A DNA stretch of 63,196 nucleotides, filler included, from Saprolegnia diclina VS20 (taxonomy: Eukaryota): assembly GCF_000281045.1 (NCBI RefSeq). It is 6 parts of 2 records of this genome, joined end to end, with 100 filler letters (N's around TTAATTAATTAA, not from the genome) between each part and the next. Parts side by side here need not be neighbours in the genome. Positions count along the whole stretch, not along the records: positions 35,535 to 56,388 come from NW_008246071.1; 5 more parts are not named here. One strand, written 5' to 3'. The notes below the pieces were generated by a model that saw only the letters and a program-made list of their open reading frames with translations, did not search any database and was not told the origin of the DNA. Every line of letters begins with the position of its first letter. Position 1 is the stretch's first letter. This document shows positions 37,469-50,133 of the stretch, one piece after another. The translations under genes were made by a program, and so were the position numbers.

Positions 37469-39552
37469 ATGCACAGCGCCCGCGACTGCCTCCGGGGCGT
37501 GCTCTTGCTCGCCGTCGCCTTCCTCCTCGTCTTCACGTCCTACAATGCGATCGAGGTAACGTGTCTTGTAGCTTTGACAGCCGCTGTTAGCACGGCCTCA
37601 TGCGATGCTGTAGAACCTCGAGACGTCGATATTGCCAGGTACTTGCTGTCGCCACACTACAACACTGTCTTCTATCGTATAGGCGCCTGTCTTGGCTGCG
37701 ATGCGCATTCACCTTTGGTCGTGTGCCAGCGCGACAGCGTCTGCGTGGCCAAGGTGGAGTACGCGTGCGACGCAGCTTGCGCCGCTCCGTTTGTCGAATG
37801 CAAATGTACACCTCGGTCATCATGCGCCTCTAATCTGTGGCGTAGCGACGCTCGGCAGCACGACGCTTGGCGTGATCTACCTCTGCTTCATGCTGAGCTC
37901 AATGCTTGGGCCGCTGGTGCCACGTACTACAACAACGCTCGTCCTTGACACTTCACTCGGGATTTGCTTAGAAATGATCGGCGAAAAGGCGAGTCTTATT
38001 GGGAGCTCGGCATGCTAGTACGTACTTTTGCTGCTTGTTCCAATGCGCGACGCATGCAGCATCTCAAGGACGGTGTAGTGGCGTCTTTGCCGTCGCCAAC
38101 ATGGTGGTCGCCATGCACCCCGCCGCGACCGAGCTCCATCCTTGGATCTTATTACCGGCCTCGGCGCTCATTGGCCTCGCTGCGTCGGTGCTCTGGGTGT
38201 CCCAAGTACGCTTTCTTAAGGCGTCGTGTTGACACCACTGAGTTGCACTTGCAGGGAAGCTACCTGACCCGCCTCAGTGTTTGCTACGCACAGTTCAAGA
38301 ACCTTCCTGACACGAGCTCCATGGGCTACATGAACGGTACCTCGTGTGTATTGCTACCTGATATGGTCACTTTAGATGAATAGGAACGTTCTCGGCCATT
38401 TACAAAGCGAGTCAGCTCACGGGCAACGTCCTCTCGTCCTTCATCCTTGGCACGCTGCAGTGGTACGGCATCTCTGCTGCAAAACTGTACTGCAGACCTG
38501 ATAGGTCTTCGGCGACTCTCTTTACGACGTACGCTATGCTTTCGTTCGTCGGGACGGGATTGCTGTGCTTTCTGGAGCCACTGCAAAAGGTAGACCACTC
38601 CTTCGCTCGTAGATTGCCGTCAACTGCGTCATGTGTAGCTGCAACGACTGCCGACCGAGGGCTCCAAGCTCTTGCCGGGCGAAGAGCCTCCGCACTCGCC
38701 GCTGGCCTCGATGCGAGCTGTGTGGAATTTGGCGAGGGACCCGTGCGGTGTCTTTGGCTTGCGACAGAGCACTTATCCAAGGACGTAGGCGCATGGTCGT
38801 GTTTGCACCGCTCATGCTCTTCACCGGCATTCAGCAAGGCTTTACGTCGTCGGAATTTACATCGAGTTTTATCCGAGAGTCGCTCGGCGAAGCGTCGATT
38901 GGCTACGTCATGGCCGTCTTTGGCGGCATGAGTGTTGTTTTTTCGTACATTTTAGGGCGCGTCACCGACCGGTACAATGCGTTATAACTACACACTCGTT
39001 GATGACGCGCTGCCATGGGTAGAGTGGGGCCCATGTGGACGCAGCTGGTAGCGTGCGCGGCGCAGTTTACCGCGTATAGCATGTGCCTCTGGACGCCAAT
39101 GACCAAGTGCGACGGCCAGTGGACGTTGATCCTCGTCTGCGCCGTCTTGCTGAGCCTTAGCGAAGCAGGTACGATGCGTCTTTTCTACAGGATCAAATCT
39201 ATCATTCATATTCCTATCTAACGCAGCGTCGAGCACGATCCCAAGTGGTATGACCTCACGCCATGTCCAGTTCCTAGTCAACGTATGTCTCTGTATCTAG
39301 TGGTTTTGGGGCAAGAGTTTACGGCCAATGCACTCAACGCCTTCTCACTCTTCCGAGTGTATCATTCCGGCGCGGCGAGCCTCAGCTTTTTCGGCCTCCC
39401 CCTTCTCAGGTGACCGTCTTCCACGGTTTCACTCGGGCTAACTACTGCTTGAATGTAGTCTCACGGGGCGCCTCTACGTCCTCCTCGCTTCGACAGCGCT
39501 CGCCGCCGCGTCTATGGTCCTCTACGCCACGCGTTACCGCACCGTAGCCTAG
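37469..39552 (+). CDS. UNC93-like MFS protein (paralogue 1), many introns
   Basis: AFLLVFTSYNAIE|NLETS, ASVLWVSQGSYLT, QLTGNVLSS, PLMLFTGIQQGFTSSEFT. Confidence 0.85.
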
Positions 39553-39892
39553 GCGCGGGCTATGTGCGCTGGCACCTCCGATCACGATCGCAGACGCATG
39601 TTGGATAATCGAGCCTGTTTTTTTGGGCCAAGGAAGAGGGACACAGCCGTTATTACGTCGTGAAGTTAATCCCTACAACGGTTACCTATTTGCGACAACA
39701 GACAATATCTAAATTAGCTCAGTCCACGCCGCCTTCAGTCAGCAGAACGAGATTGCCATATCTTGTCCATCTGAGAAATTATAAAAAAATGCAAACGCAC
39801 TACCTCCCATACACATTTCAAATGACCGTTACATATTTTATTGCATGTCAAAAGCCGAATACGGGACCCTCGAAATTGCCACCCGTTGAACC

Positions 39893-41974
39893 ATGCGCAC
39901 TGCCGCCGACTGCGTCCGCGGAGCGCTACTGCTCTCGGCCTCCTTCTTCCTCGTCTTTACATCGTACGTTGCGATCGAGGTACGGCATAACGATCTCAGT
40001 ATCCACCCTCTCGCTGTGATCCTGATCCATGTGTCGTAGAATCTGGAGACCTCGATCATCCCAGGTCCACACACAGCCTCATGCAGGTGCTCATTCGCTA
40101 TGTGTAGGCGCTTGCACGGGCTGCGCGCAGGTTGCAGACGGAGCGATCTGTCAGCTCGACGACGTCTGCGTCCATAAAGTCCAATTTGCTTGTGACGTGG
40201 CGTGCGCGGCGCCGTACAAAGAATGCAAATGTAAGACGCCTTTGCATCCCAAGTACGGGCAACGGATGTGGTGTAGCGGCGCTTGGCAACATGATTTTGG
40301 GCGTCAACTACCTTCTCTTTTCCATCAGTTCGCTCGCAGGACCCTTTGTGCCCTGTACGTCTTGCGTCCTATTCGATATGAAAGTTATAGAAGGAATTTT
40401 TGTAGCGCTTTTGGGCGAGAAGACGAGTATGGTGATTGGGTCCATCAGCTAGTACGTCGCGTCGACGTGCACAAAAGTTATATCTGAACGTTTAGCACTA
40501 CGTTTGGCGTTGCCAACTTTGTCGTCGCCGTGTACCCAAGTCACACGGCGATGCACTGGTGGATCATGCTGCCCGCGGCGGTCTTTAGCGGCGTCTCGGC
40601 GTCGTTCCTCTGGATTGCGCAGGTAGCGTTGAGTTCAAATGAAATACAATATATCTTGACGGGCTACGTACTAGGGAAGCTACTTGACGCAACTCAGCGT
40701 GCACTACGCCGAGTACATGGGCCTTCCCGAGACAAGTTCCATGGGGCTCTTTCACGGTATGCGTAGCATGAGTCGTACGCAGGTCGAGTGGACACATTCT
40801 CTTTTAGGGATCTTTTTGGGGATTTTCAAGTGCAGTCAAATTGCCGGCAACCTCATCGCATCTTTTGTGCTCGGCACACTCGGCTGGTACACCTGTCTCC
40901 ATACATGCAAAGGGGCAGTGACCTATCCTGTGCAGGTCGACATCGAGTCTCTTCCTGATTTATGTTGGCATTTCAACCTTGGGGACACTGTTGTTGTGGT
41001 GCTCGATTGAAGAGCAAGCCCCGGTATCGCATCGTTTACAGAAGGCTCTCTGCTATTCCCGTGTAAATTAGCTGTCGCCACTTTCGACACCAAGCGAAAC
41101 CACGCGGCTCTTGCGCGAGCACCAAAAACACTCGGTCGTTGCCACCGTCCGCGCTGTGCTGAGCATGGCCCTCGACAAGTCGCACTCGCAGTCATTGTGT
41201 TGGAAAGCTGATCGTGTCCACTAGGCGCATGCTCACGCTGACACCACTTTTGCTCTTCAACGGCATCCAGCAAGGCTTTGTGTCGTCAGAGTTCACCTCG
41301 ACAATCGTCCGCCAGTCGCTCGGGCAAGCGTCGATTGGCAACATCATGGCCGTCTTTGGCGTCGTCAACGTCGTCTCGTCCTACGGCTTTGGTCGACTCG
41401 CCGACAAGTGCGTCGACAGCGTGTTGCACATACCGCTAGTGCTGATAAATGGGCGCGTAGGCTGGGGACCTTGTATGCACAAATCTTTGGGTTCACTGCG
41501 CTTCTGGCTGCGTACGTGGTCTGCGTGGTGCTATCTGTCACGCGCTGCGATGATCAGTGGGCCATGATGGTCGGTCTCTCGGTCCTCCTCAGCATCGGTG
41601 ACGCGTGTACGTAATTTTCTACGCTTGGCTCTACTCATGCTCATAACACTAGCGTCGACGACGTTGGCCAACGGTATTGCTTAGGGCTAGGTTGGGGCTA
41701 GGGTTGTGACGAAATCCGCGTAGTGGTGCTCGGACAAGACTTTGCGCACGACTCGCTGCGAGCGTTTTCTCTCTTCCGGTCGTACCACGCAGGCGCCGCG
41801 AGTCTCAGTTTCTTTTTCCTGCGCTACCTCAGGTACATGTCGAGTATTCTTTCAATGTATCAAGTCGTATGGTGCACTAGCTTGGACGGGCGTCTGTACC
41901 TCTTGATGACGACCCTCGTGCTGGGCATTGCCATGTTCGTTGTCCACCATCTCGGCTACGCGCCGCGTCAGTAG
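39893..41974 (+). CDS. UNC93-like MFS protein (paralogue 2)
   Basis: FFLVFTSYVAIE|NLETS, ASFLWIAQGSYLT, QIAGNLIAS, PLLLFNGIQQGFVSSEFT. Intron positions match paralogue 1. Confidence 0.85.
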
Positions 41975-42113
41975 ACGAATGACGTGGTTGACACTTAGTG
42001 CTGCAACTGTAACCTGGTTCATACAAACCTCGGTCCAGTCTTAATTTGCAAGCTATCACACGATTGTTCTTGATGTTGCGTGTACGTAGTGCCAAGGGCA
42101 TGACATATCTTTG

Positions 42114-42796
42114 CTAGTACTTGGAAAATGCAATGAACGTCGGGTCTTCGAGCGGGTGGGTGGGCACGCGCGTAAAGCCGCGGAAGGAGCTCTTATCCAG
42201 TCGCATCTCCGAGAGCGCTTGGTACTGGATCAGCGCAAAGAACGGCAGGTAGCTACCACATATTGCCTCCGACAACTTTTCTTCTTGGCAACGGTGTACA
42301 TGAGCTGCAGCGTCGGGACGGGCAAGAAGGCAAACTCGTTGACGATCGGCAGTGGGTTCAAGTCGAGCTTGCTACAGATATATATATATACATGAGCCAC
42401 ATAGCGCATTAGTACAACGATGTGCTTGCATTTCTTGGAGCTGAAAGAGCGGCAGTGGTGTGTCGACCCACACGCCAAGCGAGTTTTTGGCATAGCCTTG
42501 AAACATATCTGTCGTGACGGCTGTCAAGGAGTTGCCATGGAGAAATCTATGGCTCTTGATGTGTGCATGCTGCAGCTACGTCGTCAACGTACAGGTGCGT
42601 CGTGTTGACAGGAATGTACATGGGCACGGTCTGTGGCATTTTGAGAGCAGGAGACGCCAGCTACAGCGTGGTGGCGTACCGTGAGGTTCTGGAACTCACA
42701 ATGCACGACGACACGCGTCGAGCCAAAGCAAAAGCACAATGTCGGGCAGCTCTGGACGCAGGCCGCGACCGCGAGCAGCACGAGCAGCCACGCCAT
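42114..42796 (-). CDS. Secreted 160-aa leucine-rich-repeat protein with LRRNT cap (5 exons)
   Basis: Exons 42796-42680, 42630-42593, 42546-42430, 42371-42300 and 42252-42114 give an open 483-nt CDS with a signal peptide, CPTLCFC...VHC...LTTVP..IP.NTTHLFLHGNSLT. Confidence 0.75.
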
Positions 42797-42923
42797 TCGG
42801 GTTGCGATCTTGAGCCGACGCGAACGCGCATCGCTGATTGGCTACGTGCAGCCAATCAGTGTTTTTCCTGTTTTTAGCCAATGGCATCGACGCACGCAGC
42901 TTTCAACCCAACACACAACAACG

Positions 42924-43170
42924 ATGGCCCCGCCCGTGACGTTCATGGAGACGGTCGAGCACCTCGGCGGCGGTCTCGCCATGGTCGGCGTGGTCCTTGC
43001 GCTCGCTGTCGCGTATGTGCTGCTCGTCAACTTTGCGCTGCCGCGTGGGCGCCTCGCGCAGGCCGAGCGTGTCAACAAGCTCCGTCGGTACGTCCTTGGC
43101 CCGCCCGGTGCGACGCCTCATAATGCTGTGTAGGGCCGCGAAAGACAAGCCACGCCGATATGTGGATTGA
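42924..43170 (+). CDS. Small single-pass membrane protein (one intron)
   Basis: MAPPVTF...AMVGVVLALAVAYVLLVNFAL followed by a basic tail. Confidence 0.6.
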
Positions 43171-43220
43171 TTGTGGCATAAATAGAAGAGTCTACAAGGT
43201 ACCCAAGGTCTGCGATCTGG

Positions 43221-45113
43221 TCAGAACCGGTGCGCCGACTTGGGGCGCAGGTGGATGTGGGGCCGGGCGTCGCCAAGGCGTTCTATCGCGAGCATGCAAT
43301 AAACCACGATCACAAGGGACACCTACGGATCTCGCTCACGGCGCCCTGCGGTTTTCGCACGGGCGCCTTGGTCGGCTTTGGCTTGACGAGCTCCTCGGCG
43401 TACATATGGTACGACGTGACTTCGCGATAGAGCGGTCCGTCCCCGCTAACGTCGCGCATGGGCTTGTGCCGCACGAGGTAGCCGCGAGCGGTCGCTTGGA
43501 CTTTGGTGGCTGCTTGATGCAGCAAGTCGAGGGTCACGGACGCGTTGACGAGCCGCTCAATGGCGAGGGGTGCGACCACCACAGTGGCCGCGGGCGCCTC
43601 CACCAGCAGTGGCACGGGAATGTCTACGTCCAGCGTTGGCATACTCGACCCGAAGTTCCGTCCCACCTTTGAGGTTGTGCAATACGACCGAGTGGGCCCG
43701 TCGGCGGCGCGTGCGACTCGGTACCAGACTCGTCTTCTCGGCGGTTCGGAGACCCGACCAGAGAGGAGCCTTGACGTGCACGATGTGTGCCTCAAAGCCA
43801 TTGTCACGCTACCGTCGTCGCCTGAGCGCCATTCGACCCCGTCGTGTGACGTACCAGCTCGAGCGACTTGCGCCGAATGCTGAGACGTCCGTTCGAGATG
43901 CGCTACATCGCATTGATCCATACATGGCGGATCGATTCGATGCACAGCGTACATGGACGTGCACCAAAGCGTGGGCTTGTCGAAGGCGACGACTCGCATC
44001 GTCGCCGTCTGCGTGCTGTGGTAGATGCGGCGGTCCGCTGCGCTGTTGCTGCTGCTGTTGCTGGTACAAGGCTATGTTCCGCTCCATGCGAAGCAAGGCG
44101 ACGCGCTCCCGTGTCAAAATACCCCTACACTCGAATCTCCAACGCTTGAACTGGATATAGCGACGTACCGCACAAGAGCCTGAATACGAACAATCGAAAT
44201 CGACTGCAGCGCCACGAGCTGCAGCGCCATTTGCCGTCGCACTACGTAGCCCCGAAACGCGGCCTACGTATGTCCCTCGTGAATGCATCTCGTTACAGTG
44301 ACAGTGCCAACGCACCTGAATGACGATGGCAGAGACCAAGACGATTTCGTCCAGGCGCCGAGAGACGAGGTGGCCGTAGCCAACGCGCGCTAAGAACCGC
44401 TTGACGCATGCTTGAATCGTGGTCGCGGCGCTGGCCAAGCGGTCGCGCCGGTGCTTGGCTTCGCGCTTGCCTATCTTTGAATGAGCGATCTACTGCCGTA
44501 AAGAAGGGACCAACTCATGGCGTGTGCATGCACGTCCCGCCGCCATGTCGGAAGGCTGCTGCCCCCGTCGCTGAGCGTCGCGGACGGAGTGTGGACCAAG
44601 ATGCGCTGCATGTCTTGAAGCTACAAAACGCATGTGACATAGCCGCGTCCTGTCCGCACAGCCTACGTCGCGTCGAATGGCGACCGTGACGTTCGTGCGT
44701 CGCTTGCGCTCGTAGCCGTTGAGCGGCCGCGGTCGGTGGCGGTACCCGCGAAAAATGGCTTGGATGCGGGTGCTCGCCCAGTGTTCGCGCGCCGCGCGGG
44801 TGTCGCGGTCGGCGGCGAGTTGCTCCAGGAAGGCGTCCCGCTCGTCCATAAGGATCTTGTTCATGCGTTTCCGGGGCACGGGCAGTGTCATGGGCGCGGC
44901 TGGCGGTGGCAATTTGAGCTTCTTCGTGCTCTGCTGCCGTGCGCCGAGCTCCTGGAGGCTCGTCTGGGGCACGAGCAGCTTCTCGACCGTGACCGTGGTT
45001 GCCAGCACATCTGCGCACGTGAGCCGGTTCTGGTTGAGGTAGATGACGTGGCTCTCTTCCAAGCCGCAGGTCGTTGGTGTATACACTGGCCCGTCCGCTG
45101 GCGACGCCTCCAT
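43221..45113 (-). CDS. Multi-IQ-motif (calmodulin-binding) protein
   Basis: RIQAIFRGY, TIQACVKRF, RIQALV and KVQATARGYLVR. 3' exon uncertain. Confidence 0.75.
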
Positions 45114-46826
45114 GCTGCTGCAACGAGCAGTTGAAGGGGTTGCACGGGATTCAAAATAGTGTCCATAGGAAAAAAATAATTAGTGTTGAATTGGGATCGT
45201 TGACCGCGGTAGCCGTGGTGCTTTGACAGTATCCAGTCGAGCGTAGTCGCATGCTTGCGAGTGCACACTGTCAGTGCATACGTAGAATGCATGCTTACAT
45301 GCTGGGCTTCCTCATGCACCGTATCACGGCAGCTGCATTTTATGCATACACTATTCAAGGAGTAGCAGGATCGCAACGGACCAATCAACACGGAGAGTTT
45401 GAAGCGGCGTCTCGGCTGCAATGAGTGCAGGACGTGCAAATGCGTGAACCACATTCCTGCTGCTTCAAGCAGCCAAGAGGCCCATTCAAAGCACTTAGCT
45501 GTCAAAGGACCTGCACGGGAGCTCTGCTTGGTGAGCTGGCTCGCGTTCACCTCGGTTGACCGACGATGCTCGCGGGCTCGTGCATGCCTCACATCGGGCT
45601 CAAGGATGACGCACGCATGGTGGCGCCACACTTCGTTCAAAGGAGTCTCATCGCAGCGTCGACACGACGTCATGTCGCGAGCTCCATTGAGTTTACATCG
45701 CATTGGCTGGTGCCTGCACCCACAGCTGCATGCTCTCCTGCACGCCGAGCTGATATCCCACAGGAACGTAGCACCACTGGCTGCTTCTGGCGCGGATCGC
45801 ATGCGTCGCACGACTGATCGCAGTGCGGGCCGTCACCACCACCAATACACGCTCACCGGCTTCTTCAGTGCGCATGGGTGTATGGGCAGCTTTGAGCGGC
45901 AGTGAGACCGGTGCATCACCGCCGCAACAACGTATTTGAAATTAGCGCCGCGACGTAGCTCCCTTTGTGCACAGAGATCACGCGCTGGACAAGCAAACTC
46001 TCTTGTTGAAACTCCACAAGACGTCGGTCCCGCTCAATGCTACTAGGGTGCTCGACGACAGACTCGATTCTGTGCAATCGAATGCGAATCTTTATATATT
46101 ATGTAATTATGAAGATACCGCGAAACATGTTTATATATATAGTGGAGGACCAAATTGCACAAGAGCGTACGAGCGATCATTTGGAGCCATTCCAACCAGC
46201 GCCGTGTGTTATGCATTTCACGGTCGCCCACATCGACCCACTCTCGGTCGAAAACTATTCAGTCCCGGCACTTGGCGTTTGTATCGTGCGCTACACGGCG
46301 TATTTTCACCGTGTTTTATTTATCTTAAGTGTCTCAAATAAGTGTTGTTTCTCGGTATGCTCTCAAGTGACACGACCCTCTCTCGCCGTCGCAGCACCAG
46401 CACTTGCAACCCCACAGCTCGGTGCACCAACGCACGTAGAGCACGCCTTGCACTCAAGCCTGGTTTGAAATATCTACGAGTCGTGGCATTTCGATATCTA
46501 GTCGACATTGTTCCGACAGGGTCACCAGCGCGACCAGTAAAATTGAGATATAGTCGACCTGGTCAAGGTCGCTGAGCTTTTCTCAAGTGGAGAAACCGAG
46601 GAGGTAGCGCCGAGAGCTAGCGCCGAGCTTACATGGGGCCATGGTGAGCAAGAGAGACCGTAGAGCATACCGGTGGGTGGCGCACGGCCAACGCAGAAAT
46701 GAGACAGCTCTGAGAAAACGATGCAGGAAACTGTCGAATTACAGGTAATAGGCCCGCCATCTGGGCCATGTGCTACAAGCGCTTTTGCCACAGCAGTCGC
46801 CCAAGCCGCTGCGACGACCCGCGACC

Positions 46827-49330
46827 ATGGGCTGCAACTCGAGCAAGCCCGAGAAGCCGATCACGATCGACGTCGACGAGCCGTTCCGGCCCATCGCGTC
46901 GCACGACAACCTGCAGAACGCCTTGACGCGCACCGGGGACGGGAAGCACCGCGCATCCACCGGGTCCTCGGCCGTGCCGTCGTCTGCCGCATCGGCCAGG
47001 TCGCAGGCAACCACCTCGCTCAACGGCGTCTACAACGCGCTTTTGCCTCTGCAAAGTCGGTACTGGATCGACCCGGACGACTGCGGCAGCTCGCGCAAGA
47101 TCAAGTCGTCCTACATGCAAACTCACCTCGGGTACTACCAGGTACCGCCGCCTTGTCCTCGCCACAATTCGACTCGCGCACCGTGTAGGGCCACCCGACC
47201 GTCATCAAGTCGTTCATTGGCTACGACAAGCGCCCGGCCAACGTCGTCGACCACGAGCGCGGTAGACATCACCCTCGTCGGTTGTGCTCATGACGTCTGT
47301 AGAGGACCTCATCAAGGAGATCTGCTCGCTGGCCAAGCTCTCGCACCCCAACATCGTCGCCTTCCTTGGCTTTACGTACACGACGCCGGACGACCTGAAA
47401 TGCGTCACGGAATTTATGGACGGCGGCAACCTCCGCAAGCTCCTCGACAACCCAAAGCGAGAGCTGACGTGGGCCACCGAGAAGCTCTCGATTGCGCTCG
47501 ACGTGGCCATGGCGCTCGCCTACCTCCACGAGCTCAAGCCCAAGGTCCTCCACCGCAACATCAAGGCCGACAAGGTCCTTCTCTCATCGACGCTCGAGGC
47601 CAAGCTTTCAGGGTACGCACCTGTGCTTGTCGTCTTCCATGTATGACGCATGGCGTAGCTTTGGCTCGGCGCGCGAGTGGAGCTACATCCACACCATGAC
47701 ACAAAAGATCGGCACCGTCGAGTGGTCGGCGCCGGAATTGCTGCTGCATGAAGACTACAACGAGCGGGTCGACATTTACTCGTTTGGCGTACGTCCAATA
47801 TCTTTATACTGTGATCGCATCGCGTATCTAGGTGCTGCTCACGGAGCTCGATACGCGCTTGCTGCCGTACGCCGACTACACGGAGACGACGAGCGTCCTC
47901 GTCACCAACATCATCACGGGCATCATGCGTCCGGCGGTCTCGCCGTCGTGTCCACGCCCGATCGCCAAGCTCATCCACGCGTGCCTCCAGCTCGACTCGA
48001 ACCTGCGTCCATCGGCAGACGCGATCGTGCAGATCCTGCGCGAGCAACACCGCGTCATGTGCGAGCAAGCAGCCGTCGACTTAAGCAACAATCAACAGCA
48101 CCGACCAAGCACCAAGAAGAAACACCGCGTGCAGCGCAGCCAAGTGTCGTCGGCGTCGCACCTCGACCACACTGGGTCCAACTCGGGCCACTCAAACCCA
48201 GGGCTTCTCGTCGGGAGCGGCGGCCTTCTGCAGCCGCAAGTGCCCGATCCCGATTTTATGCATCTGGTGCCGCTCCGCAACGACTACTGGATCCACCCCC
48301 AGTACATACTCTTACCGCAACGACGACTCAGTTCGTATTCTTCATAGGGACGTGGTCGTCTCGCGCAAACTGCCGTCCTCGTACATGTGTACGATGCTCG
48401 GGCACTTCCGCGGGGACCCGGTCGTCGTCAAGATGCTCAATACCGAAATGGACGCTGGCGCCATCGACACGGACCGCCGGTACCTCGTCCGCGAGATTTG
48501 CATCATGGCCAAGCTCAAGCACCCCAACATTGTCACCTTTTACGGCTTTGCGTATACGAACGCCGTCGACCTCAAGTGCATGACCGAGTTCATGGCCGGC
48601 GGGTGCGAAGCGTCGTACTGTCGAGGCTGCGGCTTGACGATGCGAACGTAGGACCTTGCGCGCGCTCTTGAACAAGCCCAAGCGCGAATTGACGTGGGAC
48701 AACCACAAGCTCACGATCGCACTCGATGTGGCCAAGGCGCTCGCGTACCTCCACGGACACTCGCCGTGCTTACTGCACCGCAACATCAAGGCGAGCAAGG
48801 TGCTTCTGACGCCGGGTCTCGGTGCGTTGATGCGTCATGTGACGTCCGGACAGAGGCGTCATGCCAACCCGTGTAGGCGGGAAGCTCTCGGGGTTTGGGT
48901 ATGCGCGCGCCTGGTCGTCACAGGACACACTGACGTCGGCCGTGGGCACGATGGAGTGGGCTGCGCCCGAGCTCCTTCGCAACGAAGATTACAGCTCGCC
49001 CGCCGACATTTATGCGTTTGGGGTAGCTTGTATCAACTCCGATGCAAATGCCGAATTTTGATGTAGGTGCTTCTGACGGAGCTCGACACGCGGCTTATCC
49101 CGTACGACGATTTGCGCAAAAGCGAGCCGACGAAGCGCTACATGACGGACGAGACGCTCATGATGAACGTCGTGACCGGCAAAGTCAAGCCGACCGTGTC
49201 GCCGTCGTGCCCGCGCTCGATACTCAAGCTCATCCACGCGTGTCTGCAGCTCAAGCCCAACGCCCGGCCGTCCAGCGACTCGATCGTTGCGATTCTCGAG
49301 CAAGAGCGGCTCATGCGCATGGGCCTATAA
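46827..49330 (+). CDS. N-myristoylated tandem TKL-like pseudokinase (two kinase folds)
   Basis: MGCNSSK start. Each domain has HPNIV, HRNIKA, KLSGFG, GTxEWxAPE and DIY[SA]FG. The linker between domains is open in frame. Confidence 0.85.
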
Positions 49331-50133
49331 GGAAACCACGGGTGCTTGACCTGTAATACAGACTGCTATCCTCCTGCACACGTGGCGCCTTCAGCATCGC
49401 CTTTGCCGGCTCAGCCACATTGCACAATGCCCGCTATGACTAGAGGGGAACTCCCCAACTTCAAGTTGAAGTTGGTCGACACCACCAAGTAGGCTAAACA
49501 TGTTGGTATCGTGTCCTTGCAGCCCTTTACAAGCTCTTGCGCGGAGGGCTGCAAGGGCACGCTGGCGCGTGCTACATGGTGTTGCTTGCTCACGATTGGC
49601 GATGCTTTGAGTAGTGGGGTTGTTGGGTCCATACATGGTGTATTCATGTTTCTATCACAAAAAATGCACGAAAGATTCTTCTCCAAGCGTCCGATTGGCA
49701 GTGAAGAACCGTACAATAATATGCTCTGGGACACTCTATATAACGTTTGTCCTAGAGTGCACAGACCACTCGTGTAAGCAAGGTGATGACTGCAAGGGTA
49801 GAGGACTGCGGCGTGACATGCGTCGGCTCAGACGCGCGCGAGAACGCGGCGCCGGCTGGTCTTGAAGTTTCATGACGTGGAGCTCGTGGCGTTGACGCGT
49901 CGGCGGATCGCGTGCTCGGATTGGCTGTAATTCTGACGTGGGGCGCCACGATTGGTGGATTCGTTGATGGGGTTTCAGATTCGCGGTAACGTAGAATTGT
50001 ATACATCCGGATAAACGAAAAAACTAAATTGGGAGCGAGCCGGTTTCTCGGGGCGAATCTTTTCGCGTATCCGGAATTCCGTTGCGCCTACGAATTACGG
50101 TGCACCTTTTCGGAGCTTAAATTACATTTGCCG

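Noticed and set aside
41680..41706. Telomere-like TTAGGG/CTAGGG hexamers
   Set aside because: A few degenerate units inside a short intron.
45399..45905. ORF with CNECRTCKCVNH resembling a SWIM finger
   Set aside because: Spacing does not fit well and the surrounding sequence lacks transposase motifs.
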